Origin: Candidatus Spongiisociaceae bacterium | GTDB lineage: Bacteria > Actinomycetota > Acidimicrobiia > Spongiisociales > Spongiisociaceae | Direction: 5' to 3' | Length of the DNA: 64,000 bases | NCBI GenBank assembly: GCA_965202665.1 | Contig: OZ241841.1 | Span: 2,592,001-2,656,000 of the forward strand | In this document: positions 1 through 9,880 of the stretch, piece by piece | Position numbering within the stretch: position 1 is the stretch's first letter | Layout: every line of letters begins with the position of its first letter | Translations under genes and position numbers: made by a program | Notes under the pieces: model-generated | The model's input: the letters and a program-made list of their open reading frames with translations, nothing else | Database searches by the model: none | Told to the model about the DNA's origin: nothing

Positions 1-1
1 G

Positions 2-3000
2 TCGGCGAGCGAAACGTTTACGGTGACGGTTTCTGATGATGGTACGAGCGAGTCGGGGGAGAAGTTGGTGGTGTCGGGGACGGCGTCGGTGGGCGGGTCG
101 GATGTGGCGGTGGAGTCGGCGGATCTGCCGATTATCGACGCGGGGACGCGGGTGGATTTGTCTTTGCATGAGGCGGCGAGCGGGGAGGCGGCGCTGGCGG
201 GGATAGCGGAGGATGGGGGGGCGCGGAGGGTGCGGGTGAAAGCCACCGCCGAAACCGCGGTGACTTCGCAGACGACCGTCGTCGTAAACGTGGGTGCTAT
301 GGGTGGGACGGCGACGGTGGGGGTGTGTTCGGGGAGCGGTCAGTCCCGGTCTTGTTCGAGCGGCGACTACGATCGGGGGGTGGCGACGGTGAACTTGACG
401 ATCCCGTCGGGCGGTACGTCGGGGACGGCGGATGTGACCATCACTCCTTTGTCGGATACGGTGGCGGAGGGGGAGGAAACGGTCCGGTTCGCCGGTTCCG
501 CTGCTGGGTTTACGGTGTTGCCCGCTGATTTGAAGATCACGGAGACGATTGAGTTGACGGTCAGCCAAACTTCGGTGGGTGAGGGAGCGACAAACGCGGG
601 GGCGGCGTCGGTGATGGCCGCGTTTGCGGGGGCGTCTACTTCGGAGCTGACCGGGGCCACGTCTGTTACGTTGTCGTTCAGCGAGGGTGAGAAAGCGGAA
701 GCGGCGGATTTCACCGCTCCGGGCACGGCGTTGACGTTGAGCATCCCGGCTGGTTCCATCTCCAGCTCGGCTACCGCTCTGACCGGTTTGTTGATTGACG
801 GGGATGCGATTGCGGAGGGAGCGGAGAGCATCGACATTGGGGGCAGTGCGACCGGGTTTTCGGTCAGCGGAACATCGTTGGTTATCGCCGATGATGATTT
901 GGGGGTGACTGTAAAAGCGGATACGGATGTGATGGTCGGGGAGCAGAAGACCCTGTCGGAGGGGGCAACGGCGGCGGTGCGGGTACAGGCCAGGTTCACA
1001 TCGGCTACTTCCAACGATTTAGGATCCGCTCTGCAGGTGCGGGTCACCGCCGGGGTTTCGTCGCCGCAGTCAGCTATGGGCGGTGGTGTTGATTTCACCG
1101 CTCCCGCTACGCCGGTCATGGTGTCCATCCCCGCTGGTCAAAGCAGTCTGGTAAGCCCGTGGGTGAACTTGTCGGGTTTGTCGGTTGCGGACGACGCGGA
1201 GACCGAGCCGGCGGAAACATTTGACATCACCGGAACCACGGGAACGGAGGGTGCGACGGTGGCTTCTGATACGTTGACTATCGGGGCCAGCGATACCGCT
1301 TTGGAGGTCACGGCGTCGCCGGGAACGGTGTATGAAAGCGGTTCCGCTCATACGATAAGGGTGACGGCCGGGTTCGCCGGAGCGACTTCGTCCGCTTTGA
1401 CCTCGGCCACTGATGTGACGGTAGCGGTGGCGGCCGGGGACAGCAACGGGGCGACGGTGGCCGCGACGTGTCCTCCCACTACTGAGGATGTTTGCACCGA
1501 TCAGACAAACAACTCGTTTACTATCCGCATCCCCGCCGGGCAATTCAGGCACTCCGGTTCGTTTCAGATGACCGCCCGGGAGGACGGATCTGCGGAACCC
1601 GGCGCGGAGACGGTGAAGATAACCGGGTCGGCCACCGTCGCCGGAGAATCAGAGTCGGATACGGACACTATCAACGTGGTGGACAGCGGCATCACCCTCG
1701 CTCTGGCTAAGTCCGGGAGTTCCGTGTCTGCGTTGGATGAGAACAGCGGATCCTCCACTATACGGGTTACCGCTACCCTGCCCACCGGGGTCACCGCCCC
1801 CGCCGGCGGAGCGGTGGTAGGTTTGAATGTGGCGGGTGAGGCGACTGTGGACTCCAACGGTGTCTGGGAGGTGGGGGAGGACTACAGGGTGACTTTGCCT
1901 TCTAAACCGGGGGCGACTCCCGCTGGGTACGCGACCGGCGTCACCATCGCGTCGGGAAGCGCCAGCGGTTTCGTTGATGTAACCATCGTTGTAAACGACG
2001 ACGGCGTCGCCGAACCGGCGAAACCCATAATCTTTGAAGGCAGCACAGTATCCATCAGCAGCGTCGACTACCGCACGGTAGACGCCAGTTTGACCCTAAA
2101 CGACAATGATTCTCCTCCTACCGTCATTGACGTCACTCTCCACGAAGATGACGGCGGCGACGTAGGGGCGGAACTGACACAAGTACCCGAAGGCGAAACG
2201 AACCGGGTGCATGTGCGGGTTACCTTTCAAGGAACCGCCACCCGCTCCGCCACTACTTCCGTACCGATTGTGGTCGGCAAACCTTCCGGGGAAGCCACTG
2301 AGGGAACCGACTACGAAATGGTAGGCGACTTTACTATTAACATTCCCGCTTACCAATCCAGCAGGACCGGCAGTTTTGATCTGAAAACCGATGGAACATA
2401 CAACGATGCGGCTTTTGAGGGGCCGGAAACGTTGACCGTCGCCGGGGGAACCCTCGCCGGTTTCACTATCGGGGAGGACACGCTGACCATCCTCGACGAT
2501 GACCTGACCGTCATTCTTGCCGTCACGCCAGACGAAGTGACCGAAGGGGACGCCAATGTCACTCTAAGCCTGCGGGCCGCTTATCCGGGTTCGGAAACTT
2601 TAGGCGCTTCCCAGACCGTCAACCTGTCCTACGGCGGGGCAGCTTCCTCGTCTGACTACACCGCTTCCGCGCTCACCGACCTGACCATCCCCGCCAACCA
2701 AAACAGCGCCACCCCCCAAACCATTACCCTGTCCGCCATCGCCGACGACAACATCGCCGAAGGAGACGAAACCCTGCAAATAACCGGAACAGTCACCGGA
2801 TTCACCGTCAAACCGGCTACCCTCACCATCAAAGACAACGACGACCCGCCCACCAGCATCACCCTAACCGTCAGCCCCTCCAGCATAAGCGAAGGGCAAA
2901 CCCGAAATGTCGTCGTCACCGCCCGGTTCGGTGGACCTAAAACCCGTTCCCAACCCACTCCCGTAACCATAACCATTCCGACTTCTTCCGACTACCGGAT

Positions 3001-3925
3001 CACCGCCCCTCTTACCACCCTTACCATCCCCGCTGAATCAGCCACCGGAACCGGGAATTTCACTATCGTCATCACCAACGACAGCCAACAAGAGTCAGCC
3101 GAGCGAATCAACATATCCGGAACCGCCGCCGGGTTCACCGTCAATTCCGCCATCATCACCATCCCCGCCAACGACGCCCCCGCCCCTGCCCCAGCTCCCA
3201 GCGGCGGAGGCGGAGGTGGCGGCGGTGGGGGAGGTAGTAGCGGTGGCGGAGGTGGCGGCGGAGGTGGCGGCGGCGCCCCACCGCCCGCCGCTCCGCCCCC
3301 GGCCGCGCCCCCGCCCGCTCCCGCTGAACCGGCATGCCAAGGAAGGTTCTGCGATGAGGACGGCAGCGTCCATGAAGCCAACATCGAACGGATAGCCGGA
3401 TGGAGAATCACCCTCGGCTGCGACGCCACCGACTCCACCAAATACTGCCCCGGAGCCCAAATCACCCGCAGGCAAATGGCCGCCTTCCTCCACCGCGCCG
3501 TCAGCCAACGCTGGACCATCCAAACCCCCGAGGACATAGAAATCGCCGACGTTCCAGCCGATGCTTGGTACCGCACCTACGCCGAATGGGGCGTCTCTGT
3601 AAACGCCTTCGCGCTCACCGATGGAAACTTCAACCCGGGCGGTGTGGTAACCCGGGCTGATATGGCCATCATGATGATCGCCGCTTTTCCCCATCTCCAG
3701 TCCGTGGAAGAGCCTCAAAATCTTTTCCAAGACGTAACAGGACTGGACCCGGCGGTGATACGGGCTATTGAAGGAATGTACGGCAGTGGCGTAACCAGAG
3801 GTTGCGCCACCACCCCCCTCAACTACTGCCCGGACAAACCGGTAACCCGGGCGCAGATGGCCTCTTTCTTCGTCCGCGCCGTCAACCTCGCCCCCGCCGC
3901 CACCAGCGGGGACGGAGGAACATAA
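2..3925 (+). CDS. Giant cell-surface protein (5'-truncated by window edge): tandem Calx-beta/Ig-like repeats, Gly/Pro linker, C-terminal SLH-type anchor
   Basis: Frame is open to the window edge. Repeated 'DD..AEG.ET..I.G...GFTV....LTI.DND' units, poly-Gly/Pro linker, SLH motifs 'ITRRQMAAFL', 'VTRADMA', 'YCPDKPVTRAQMASFFVRA'. Colinear with 28937-34462. Confidence 0.85.
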   Translation, partial: SASETFTVTVSDDGTSESGEKLVVSGTASVGGSDVAVESADLPIIDAGTRVDLSLHEAASGEAALAGIAEDGGARRVRVKATAETAVTSQTTVVVNVGAMGGTATVGVCSGSGQSRSCSSGDYDRGVATVNLTIPSGGTSGTADVTITPLSDTVAEGEETVRFAGSAAGFTVLPADLKITETIELTVSQTSVGEGATNAGAASVMAAFAGASTSELTGATSVTLSFSEGEKAEAADFTAPGTALTLSIPAGSISSSATALTGLLIDGDAIAEGAESIDIGGSATGFSVSGTSLVIADDDLGVTVKADTDVMVGEQKTLSEGATAAVRVQARFTSATSNDLGSALQVRVTAGVSSPQSAMGGGVDFTAPATPVMVSIPAGQSSLVSPWVNLSGLSVADDAETEPAETFDITGTTGTEGATVASDTLTIGASDTALEVTASPGTVYESGSAHTIRVTAGFAGATSSALTSATDVTVAVAAGDSNGATVAATCPPTTEDVCTDQTNNSFTIRIPAGQFRHSGSFQMTAREDGSAEPGAETVKITGSATVAGESESDTDTINVVDSGITLALAKSGSSVSALDENSGSSTIRVTATLPTGVTAPAGGAVVGLNVAGEATVDSNGVWEVGEDYRVTLPSKPGATPAGYATGVTIASGSASGFVDVTIVVNDDGVAEPAKPIIFEGSTVSISSVDYRTVDASLTLNDNDSPPTVIDVTLHEDDGGDVGAELTQVPEGETNRVHVRVTFQGTATRSATTSVPIVVGKPSGEATEGTDYEMVGDFTINIPAYQSSRTGSFDLKTDGTYNDAAFEGPETLTVAGGTLAGFTIGEDTLTILDDDLTVILAVTPDEVTEGDANVTLSLRAAYPGSETLGASQTVNLSYGGAASSSDYTASALTDLTIPANQNSATPQTITLSAIADDNIAEGDETLQITGTVTGFTVKPATLTIKDNDDPPTSITLTVSPSSISEGQTRNVVVTARFGGPKTRSQPTPVTITIPTSSDYRITAPLTTLTIPAESATGTGNFTIVITNDSQQESAERINISGTAAGFTVNSAIITIPANDAPAPAPAPSGGGGGGGGGGGSSGGGGGGGGGGGAPPPAAPPPAAPPPAPAEPACQGRFCDEDGSVHEANIERIAGWRITLGCDATDSTKYCPGAQITRRQMAAFLHRAVSQRWTIQTPEDIEIADVPADAWYRTYAEWGVSVNAFALTDGNFNPGGVVTRADMAIMMIAAFPHLQSVEEPQNLFQDVTGLDPAVIRAIEGMYGSGVTRGCATTPLNYCPDKPVTRAQMASFFVRAVNLAPAATSGDGGT
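3320..3900 (+). repeat. SLH-encoding block, near-identical inverted copy at ~28950-29533
   Basis: Long identical DNA stretches (e.g. CCCGCTGAACCGGCATGCCAAGGAAGGTTCTGCGATGAGGACGGCAGCGTCCATGAAGCC) occur as reverse complement near 29470-29533. Boundaries are approximate. Confidence 0.9.
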
Positions 3926-3988
3926 CCAATCTTTGTTACTTTCCACCTGTTAAAATACGCGGTTGCCGGGTTAGGCGTTTCCCGCCCG

Positions 3989-4069
3989 GTTCGGATTATG
4001 GTGTGCGGGGGGATCGGTTCCGGCAAGTCGTCGGCGGGCGGGAAGTGGATGGGTTGCCGTCCTGGCTGA
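3989..4069 (+). pseudogene. Short fragment resembling the dephospho-CoA kinase N-terminus
   Basis: Translates VRIMVCGGIGSGKSSAGGKW...stop. GGIGSGKS is the CoaE P-loop, and coaE usually precedes uvrB in actinobacteria. Confidence 0.45.
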
Positions 4070-4130
4070 ACACCCGCTCCGGTTGCAAGTCGCACGCGGC
4101 GGACGTTTGTCGTAGAAAGGCGGTAACGGG

Positions 4131-4139
4131 TGATAGAAT
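4131..4139 (+). promoter_or_regulatory. Extended -10 (TG-N-TAGAAT), probably leaderless transcript of the antitoxin
   Basis: TGATAGAAT ends 6 nt before ATG 4146, with no SD. Confidence 0.55.
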
Positions 4140-4145
4140 GATGGG

Positions 4146-4859
4146 ATGGCATCAAAGGTTAGGAGAGAGGTGCTGGCTTCCCCCAAGTTCAGCCAGCCTT
4201 TGTACACGATGGGGCAGGCGGCGAAGATCGTCGGCGTTGCGTACGGTACGTTGAGCAATTGGGCGAAACCATACAGTAACGGGCGACGTTTCCCCGGCCT
4301 GATCACCAAATTGGAACCTTGGAATCACCGTTCGGTGCCTTTCGTGGGATTGGCGGAGGCTATGGTTCTGAAAGAATTGCGCGATTATGCTTCTCTGCAG
4401 ACCCTTCGTAAGACTTTGGGCCGGATTTCGTCTAGCCCTGGACAGCCGCGCCATTTTCTGGCCAACAAACGATTCTACCGTTCGGGGGCGGACATTCTGT
4501 ACGACTTTTCTGACGAAGTCAATAATTTATCAGAGCTGGTAGTCGTTAACAAGCGACCGCCAGGTCAAGTAGTATTCATTGATGTCGTCCGGGATTATCT
4601 GGAACGTATCGAACCTGACTTTGACGAGAGCGGATACATCAAACTGATGAGACTGCCTTATTATAAGGTCGCGGAGGTGGTGGTGGATCCTCTACGGGGC
4701 GGCGGCGATCCCATATTCGCTCAAGGTGGTTGCCGCGTCCGCAATGTTCTACACAGATTCAGTTCGGGTGAAACACTAGAAAGATGTTCTGAGGAGTTTG
4801 GAGTTCCCGTATCTCATATTGAAGATGCCTTACGCGTTTTATCCCGACATGCTTCCTAA
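4146..4859 (+). CDS. VapB45/Rv2018-like antitoxin (MerR-like HTH + DUF433)
   Basis: N-terminal 'PLYTMGQAAKIVGVAYGTLSNW', 'VPFVGLAEA'. C-terminal DUF433 'VVDPLRGGGDPIF...ETLERCSEEFGV..IEDAL'. Confidence 0.85.
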   Translation: MASKVRREVLASPKFSQPLYTMGQAAKIVGVAYGTLSNWAKPYSNGRRFPGLITKLEPWNHRSVPFVGLAEAMVLKELRDYASLQTLRKTLGRISSSPGQPRHFLANKRFYRSGADILYDFSDEVNNLSELVVVNKRPPGQVVFIDVVRDYLERIEPDFDESGYIKLMRLPYYKVAEVVVDPLRGGGDPIFAQGGCRVRNVLHRFSSGETLERCSEEFGVPVSHIEDALRVLSRHAS

Positions 4860-5238
4860 GTTCTTTATTGACCGGGATTTGGGTTCTAAAGAGTTACCTC
4901 GAATTCTCCGAGAGGCGAAGTTAGAGATTGAAACTTCCCAAGGATACTATGGTATTCAAGGGTCACAAAATATACCGGATGAGGAGTGGATAAAGATGGT
5001 TGCCCACAATGGTTGGGTTGCTATGTCTGATGATAAATTCAATCAAAAACCCTCAGAACGTGATGTGATAATAAAGTATCAAGCAAGATGTTTTGTTATA
5101 GAGGATGGTACTATTACAGCAGAAGAAGCGGCGAATTTGATATTAGATAATCTAGTAGAAATTGCCAGAATGTGTGCGGAGATGGGTCCTCTACTTTGTA
5201 TATTGCGAATAAACGGAGGAGTTGAAAGGGTAATATGA
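4849..5238 (+). CDS. VapC45/Rv2019-like PIN-domain toxin
   Basis: 'FFIDRDLG', 'PDEEWI...NGWVAMSDD' PIN acidic residues. Overlaps the antitoxin end and is AT-rich. Confidence 0.8.
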   Translation: MLPKFFIDRDLGSKELPRILREAKLEIETSQGYYGIQGSQNIPDEEWIKMVAHNGWVAMSDDKFNQKPSERDVIIKYQARCFVIEDGTITAEEAANLILDNLVEIARMCAEMGPLLCILRINGGVERVI

Positions 5239-5280
5239 TAGTCGCTAGCACCGAAATGAGCAACACATTATATTTGGCAT

Positions 5281-5302
5281 TGTCGGTTGCTACAGTTAGC
5301 CT
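5281..5302 (+). promoter_or_regulatory. PafBC-type DNA-damage promoter upstream of uvrB
   Basis: TGTCGG-ttgctacagt-TA-gcc-T is an exact match to the mycobacterial TGTCGG-N10-TA-N3-T consensus, and pafBC is in this window. Confidence 0.75.
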
Positions 5303-5334
5303 GGCATGTTGTCAACTGCTAGCCGGGAGGGGTT

Positions 5335-7347
5335 TTGCCTGAGTTTCGGGTTCATTCCGATTTTCGCCCAGCGGGGGATCAGCCGCAGGCCGTGGACGCC
5401 CTGGTGGAGGGTTTGGAATCCGGGGAGCGGTTCCAGACGCTGTTGGGCATCACCGGTTCCGGCAAGTCGGCCACCGTGGCGTGGACCATCGAACGGGTGC
5501 AGCGCCCGGCCCTGGTGCTGGCCCCCAACAAGGCCCTGGCCGCCCAGTTGGCCTCCGAGTTCCGCGGATTCTTCCCCGAAAACCGGGTGGAGTATTTCGT
5601 GTCCTACTACGACTACTACCAGCCGGAGGCGTACCTGCCGCAGACCGACACCTATATCGAGAAGGACGCCACCGTCAACGATGAAATCGACCGCCTGCGC
5701 CATTCGGCCACAGCCTCCCTCCTTTACCGGGAGGATGTGGTGATCGTGGCCAGCGTGTCCTGCATCTACGGCCTGGGCAGCCCCGAGCAGTATTCGGGGC
5801 AGATGCTGCGGTTGGTGACGGGGGTGGAGTTTCCGCTGGCGGAGGCCATCCGCCGCCTGGTGGAAATCCAGTACGACCGCAACGAAGTGAACCTTATTCG
5901 GGGCCGGTTCCGGGTGCGGGGGGACACGTTGGAAGTGTTTCCCTCCTACGAGGAGACGGTGGTGCGGGTGGAGTATTTCGGGGACGAAGTGGATCGCATC
6001 GTGCGGGTGAATCCGGTCACCGGGGAGATTGTGGAGACGATGCCGGAGGCGTGGATTTTCCCGGCTTCCCATTACGCGGTGGAACGGGAGCGGATGGAGC
6101 GGGCCATGGCCGGCATCAGGGAGGAGTTGGCGGAGCGCCTGGCCGAGTTGGAGGGGCGGGGGAAACTGCTGGAGGCGCAACGGTTGCGGATGCGCACTAC
6201 CTACGATTTGGAGATGATGGCCGAGGTGGGGTTCTGCTCCGGAATTGAAAATTACAGCCGCCACATCGACGGACGCCTGCCGGGGGAGCCCCCCTACACC
6301 CTGCTGGACTATTTCCCCGATGATTACATAACTTTTTTGGACGAAAGCCATGTGGCGGCGCCCCAGCTGGGGGGGATGTACGAGGGGGACCGCAGTCGCA
6401 AAGACGTGCTGGTGGAGCACGGGTTCCGCTTGCCGTCGGCGGTGGACAACCGTCCGTTGCGCTTCGACGAGTGGCTGGATCGGGCCGGGCAGGTGGTGTT
6501 CGTGTCGGCCACTCCCGGCAGATACGAGCGGGAGCATTCCCAGCGGGTGGTGGAGCAGATAGTGCGACCCACCGGGCTGGTGGACCCGGAGGTGGCGGTG
6601 CGTCCCGCCCGCGGCCAGGTGGACGACCTGATTGAGGAAATCAGGGGGCGCGCCGCGCGGGGGGAGCGGGTGCTGGTCACCACTCTCACCAAGAAAATGT
6701 CCGAGGACCTGACCGACTATCTGCTGGAGATGGGAATACGGGCCCGATACCTGCATTCGGAGATCGATACCTTGGAGCGGGTGGCTCTGTTGCGGGATCT
6801 GCGGCTGGGGGAGTTCGACGTGCTGGTGGGGATCAACCTGTTGCGGGAAGGTTTGGACCTGCCGGAGGTGTCGCTGGTGGCCATCTTGGACGCCGACAAG
6901 GAGGGGTTTCTCCGTTCGGTGACCAGCCTCATCCAGATCATGGGGCGGGCGGCCCGCAACGTGGCGGGGACGGTGGTGATGTACGCCGACGAGGTGACCG
7001 ATTCCATGCGGTCGGCCATCAACGAAACCAACCGCCGCCGGGCCCGCCAGTTGGAGTACAACCGGGAGCACGGCATCGACCCGCAGACCATCCGCAAAAA
7101 AGTGTCCGACATCTTGGAGTTGGTGTCGTCCCGTTCCGCCTCCGCCGACCGCCCGGACCGGGAGCGCCCGGAGCCGAGGACCCCCATTGACTTGGAGGGG
7201 GAGGATCTGGGCAGGCTGATCCAAAGCCTGGAAGACGAGATGCGGGAGGCGGCCAAAGAGTTGCGCTTCGAATACGCCGCCCGCCTCCGCGACGAGGTAG
7301 CCGACCTGCGCAAAGAAATGAAAGCCCTGGCGGAAGCCGCCCTCTGA
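5335..7347 (+). CDS. uvrB: Excinuclease ABC subunit B
   Basis: 'GDQPQA', 'GITGSGKS', '[13 protein letters not shown]', 'DESH', C-terminal UVR domain. SD GGAGG before TTG. Confidence 0.98.
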   Translation: MPEFRVHSDFRPAGDQPQAVDALVEGLESGERFQTLLGITGSGKSATVAWTIERVQRPALVLAPNKALAAQLASEFRGFFPENRVEYFVSYYDYYQPEAYLPQTDTYIEKDATVNDEIDRLRHSATASLLYREDVVIVASVSCIYGLGSPEQYSGQMLRLVTGVEFPLAEAIRRLVEIQYDRNEVNLIRGRFRVRGDTLEVFPSYEETVVRVEYFGDEVDRIVRVNPVTGEIVETMPEAWIFPASHYAVERERMERAMAGIREELAERLAELEGRGKLLEAQRLRMRTTYDLEMMAEVGFCSGIENYSRHIDGRLPGEPPYTLLDYFPDDYITFLDESHVAAPQLGGMYEGDRSRKDVLVEHGFRLPSAVDNRPLRFDEWLDRAGQVVFVSATPGRYEREHSQRVVEQIVRPTGLVDPEVAVRPARGQVDDLIEEIRGRAARGERVLVTTLTKKMSEDLTDYLLEMGIRARYLHSEIDTLERVALLRDLRLGEFDVLVGINLLREGLDLPEVSLVAILDADKEGFLRSVTSLIQIMGRAARNVAGTVVMYADEVTDSMRSAINETNRRRARQLEYNREHGIDPQTIRKKVSDILELVSSRSASADRPDRERPEPRTPIDLEGEDLGRLIQSLEDEMREAAKELRFEYAARLRDEVADLRKEMKALAEAAL

Positions 7348-7369
7348 CCGCCCCGAGGGCGGTAAAACT

Positions 7370-7391
7370 TGTCTCAGAGGCCTGGTATTCT
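7370..7391 (+). promoter_or_regulatory. PafBC-like promoter at the island's left edge
   Basis: TGTCTC-agaggcctgg-TA-ttc-T has the TGTC core and exact N10 spacing. Confidence 0.5.
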
Positions 7392-7595
7392 GCCGGGCTA
7401 TGACGACGCGTGGGATTCCTACAAGGCATCCGAGGGCGTCGTGTAGGTCGTAAAACCCGAATAGCGAATAGCGAGCCCGCCCCGTTCCCCGCAGATAGGA
7501 TTCGGGGAAGCAGGCGAGAAAGGGGAGGCGAGGCAATGAAAACCGGAGGGCAGAGGGCGGATGTTCAACAGGGTTTGCCAGCCCAGGAGGGCGGT

Positions 7596-7958
7596 ATGTT
7601 CGTTATTCGCCCCGCTAGCGTCTGGTTGGCGATCTGGGGGCAAAAGGGCTTTCAGGGCAACAAGAGCATCATCCCGGCGGATGTTTTCCCCGAATGGAAA
7701 CGCCCCAAGGTGACCGCCGCCTCCAATTTGGTGGAGGCCGCCAACCTGGTGATGTCCGGCGAGGTCAATGGTTTTCGCACCACGTTCGATAAGATGCTGG
7801 CCGAACCGATCTGGATACCGCGCTACGTGGACCCGCAGAATACCGCCTACTTGATCAGTTTCCATCCGCCCGAGGTGGTGAAGGCCGGCAATTTTTTCAC
7901 CATCAACGGCGGCGAAGCCTCGTTTCTAGCCGAGTGGGAGGTAGTAGCAACCGGCTGA
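7596..7958 (+). CDS. Hypothetical soluble protein, paralog of 9469-9852
   Basis: SD GGAGG before ATG 7596 (alternative start 7536). Shares W-x3-W-x4-F-x-GN, VMSG, Y-x-DP and HP-x-E motifs with 9469-9852. Confidence 0.7.
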   Translation: MFVIRPASVWLAIWGQKGFQGNKSIIPADVFPEWKRPKVTAASNLVEAANLVMSGEVNGFRTTFDKMLAEPIWIPRYVDPQNTAYLISFHPPEVVKAGNFFTINGGEASFLAEWEVVATG

Positions 7959-7983
7959 CCTGTTCCTACCGAACAGAGTCATT

Positions 7984-8571
7984 ATGGATGGCGGCAAGGC
8001 GTTGGAGCAGGTGCTCCAAACGTTGCAGCTTTTTATTCCGGCGACTGGTATCGGCGCGCCGGTGGTGTTGCTGATGGTCGGATGGTATTACTCTTTCCTC
8101 GACCGGGGTGGCCAAGCCCCAAGGATCGATTTCCGTAAGCTGGTTCGGCGAGGATTCGGGATGCTGGCCATCGGTGTTGTGTTTCCTATCGGCCTTTCCA
8201 GCGCCGAGTTCTGGCTAACAGGGCCCGCATCCCGGTATTCCCCAGCGACCTTGGCCGTTATCGGAAACTTTGCGGTGACGGCGATGTTGATTGGGATATT
8301 CGTGCTGATATTATCCGCCGTCAGGGTGTTCCGTGCGTCGCCGCCCGGGAAGAGTGCGCTTGAAGACGAGAAGGCGTTGGTGTTGTCGGATTACCAAGAA
8401 GGCCTCATCGCTAAATTTTCAGGCATTTCGCCAAAAGCTTCCAAACCCGAGGAATCCTCCGGCGGGGGGCAAGCTGTCAGCGTTGAGGATTTCAGAGCTT
8501 CGCAGATGTGGCCCGGTTCTCCAGATGCCGACGGATCGCCTGGGGACGGAGAGTCCGAATTTCACGACTAG
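7984..8571 (+). CDS. Hypothetical 3-TM membrane protein with acidic disordered tail
   Basis: Three hydrophobic segments, then a Ser/Asp/Glu/Gly-rich C-terminus. Starts 25 nt after the upstream gene. Confidence 0.65.
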   Translation: MDGGKALEQVLQTLQLFIPATGIGAPVVLLMVGWYYSFLDRGGQAPRIDFRKLVRRGFGMLAIGVVFPIGLSSAEFWLTGPASRYSPATLAVIGNFAVTAMLIGIFVLILSAVRVFRASPPGKSALEDEKALVLSDYQEGLIAKFSGISPKASKPEESSGGGQAVSVEDFRASQMWPGSPDADGSPGDGESEFHD

Positions 8572-8588
8572 CCAATACTGGGGTTTTA

Positions 8589-8882
8589 TTAAGTGGATTG
8601 CGTGAAGAGGGCATTTTCCACACGCACCGAGGCGGACACCTGTTCGGGTGCTCCGCCGGTGTCAATCACAAGATGCCAGCGGCCCGCGGACGGGATCGGT
8701 ATATGACAGGGCGAGGCGGTGACATGTCCGCCATAGTACCGGTGCCGCCGTCCCCGCCGATATTCATTTAGGTTGTGGTCATCCATCAGTCGAACGTTCG
8801 CCTCGCCAGAAAGGTCCACTACCACCATCCTCCCGGCCTCTTGATGTCCCAGATCGTAATGTGAAAACTTCATAATCCGCAT
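8589..8882 (-). CDS. DUF1883-domain protein
   Basis: 'HYDLG...ANVRLMD..N...YR.GRRHRYYGG.VT.SP..IPIPS.G.WHLVID' matches DUF1883 as I recall it. SD GGGGAGGG before ATG 8882. Confidence 0.75.
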   Translation of the reverse strand: MRIMKFSHYDLGHQEAGRMVVVDLSGEANVRLMDDHNLNEYRRGRRHRYYGGHVTASPCHIPIPSAGRWHLVIDTGGAPEQVSASVRVENALFTQST

Positions 8883-9001
8883 GGTACCCTCCCCGATGCC
8901 CGCCCGCGGGGGGATTGCGTTTTTTGGAAGTGCGTCTGACGCGGGCAAGCGGTTGCGGGTTGCTCCCCGGGGCTTCGCGCCGCACGGCTGGATCTGATGC
9001 G

Positions 9002-9244
9002 TTACGCCGGGTGTATGCGGGATTTGGGCGTTATCAAGCCCCCTTCTTCGTCGAAACTGTATCCGGGGGGCAGATTGTCCAGCAAGGCATCCATACGCTG
9101 GCTGCGTAGGTCGTCGAATTCGCCGGCCGCGAAACGGGCGGCCAGCTCTTCCAGGGACTCAAGCCCTTCGTAGATGCCGTCCAATTCCCCGGGCTGGTCT
9201 TGATGATGGGAGGTGACTGATTTCATGCGCATCACCCTAAACAC
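9002..9244 (-). CDS. Small acidic hypothetical protein
   Basis: 80-aa ORF with an AAGGA SD-like sequence and no recognisable motif. Confidence 0.4.
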   Translation of the reverse strand: MFRVMRMKSVTSHHQDQPGELDGIYEGLESLEELAARFAAGEFDDLRSQRMDALLDNLPPGYSFDEEGGLITPKSRIHPA

Positions 9245-9468
9245 TCATTCCTTCTGCTAGCCGTCGTTTTCAACATCGACGGCGGCGAACCCGCCTGAGA
9301 CGTCGGTGCTGGCCAGGGCAATGCGGCTTTGACCAGGCGAAATGCCCTTTGGAGTCCCGCACGATCAGCCCGCCGACCTTGGTCCAAGTATCTATGGAAC
9401 CGGTTTAGAGTAACAGGGCGATCGCCTGGCGGGGTAACCGTCGGGGTAGTCAGGGAAAGGAGGAACGG

Positions 9469-9852
9469 ATGGCCGTCGAACGGAAAAACCGCTTTCTTAT
9501 CACCTCTGAGGCGGCTTGGTTCACGTTGTGGACGGAAGGCGTGTTTCGGGGCAACGGGCAGTTGAACCCGTTGATAACGGGATGGGAGACCCCCCGTACT
9601 ATGGAAGCGGCCGATGTATACGCGGCCGCCGCGGACGTGATGAGCGGTCAGGCGGCGGGGAAGCCCACCGTGCTGGGCAAGGAAAAGTACGGGCAGGTGG
9701 AATGGTTCGCCCTGTATACCGACCCGAAGATGATCAGGCTGATCTGCCAACATCCATACGAACGCGTCCGGCACTTGCGGTTGCTGGACACCTCCAAAGG
9801 GAAACGTCCGAAACTCCTGTTGCAGTGGCAAGTCCAGGTCATAGACCGATAG
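9469..9852 (+). CDS. Hypothetical soluble protein, paralog of 7596-7958
   Basis: Strong SD AAGGAGG. Motifs are conserved with 7596-7958. Confidence 0.75.
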   Translation: MAVERKNRFLITSEAAWFTLWTEGVFRGNGQLNPLITGWETPRTMEAADVYAAAADVMSGQAAGKPTVLGKEKYGQVEWFALYTDPKMIRLICQHPYERVRHLRLLDTSKGKRPKLLLQWQVQVIDR

Positions 9853-9880
9853 CGGGCGGCGGGTACGGAGGGAGGCGGAT

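Noticed and set aside
3200-3320. GGN/CCN triplet repeats (also ~29540-29660) as a CRISPR or DNA repeat element
   Set aside because: They encode the Gly/Pro linker, with no repeat-spacer structure and no cas genes.
4108-4129. TGTCGT-N10-TAACGG as a PafBC promoter for the TA pair
   Set aside because: Poor -10. A better extended -10 at 4131-4139 explains the start.
5296-7536. Long antisense and alternative-frame ORFs over core genes (also 11697-13295, 25874-28066, 47230-49464, 50959-53445)
   Set aside because: Shadow ORFs expected in high-GC DNA. They overlap well-supported genes and have no motifs.
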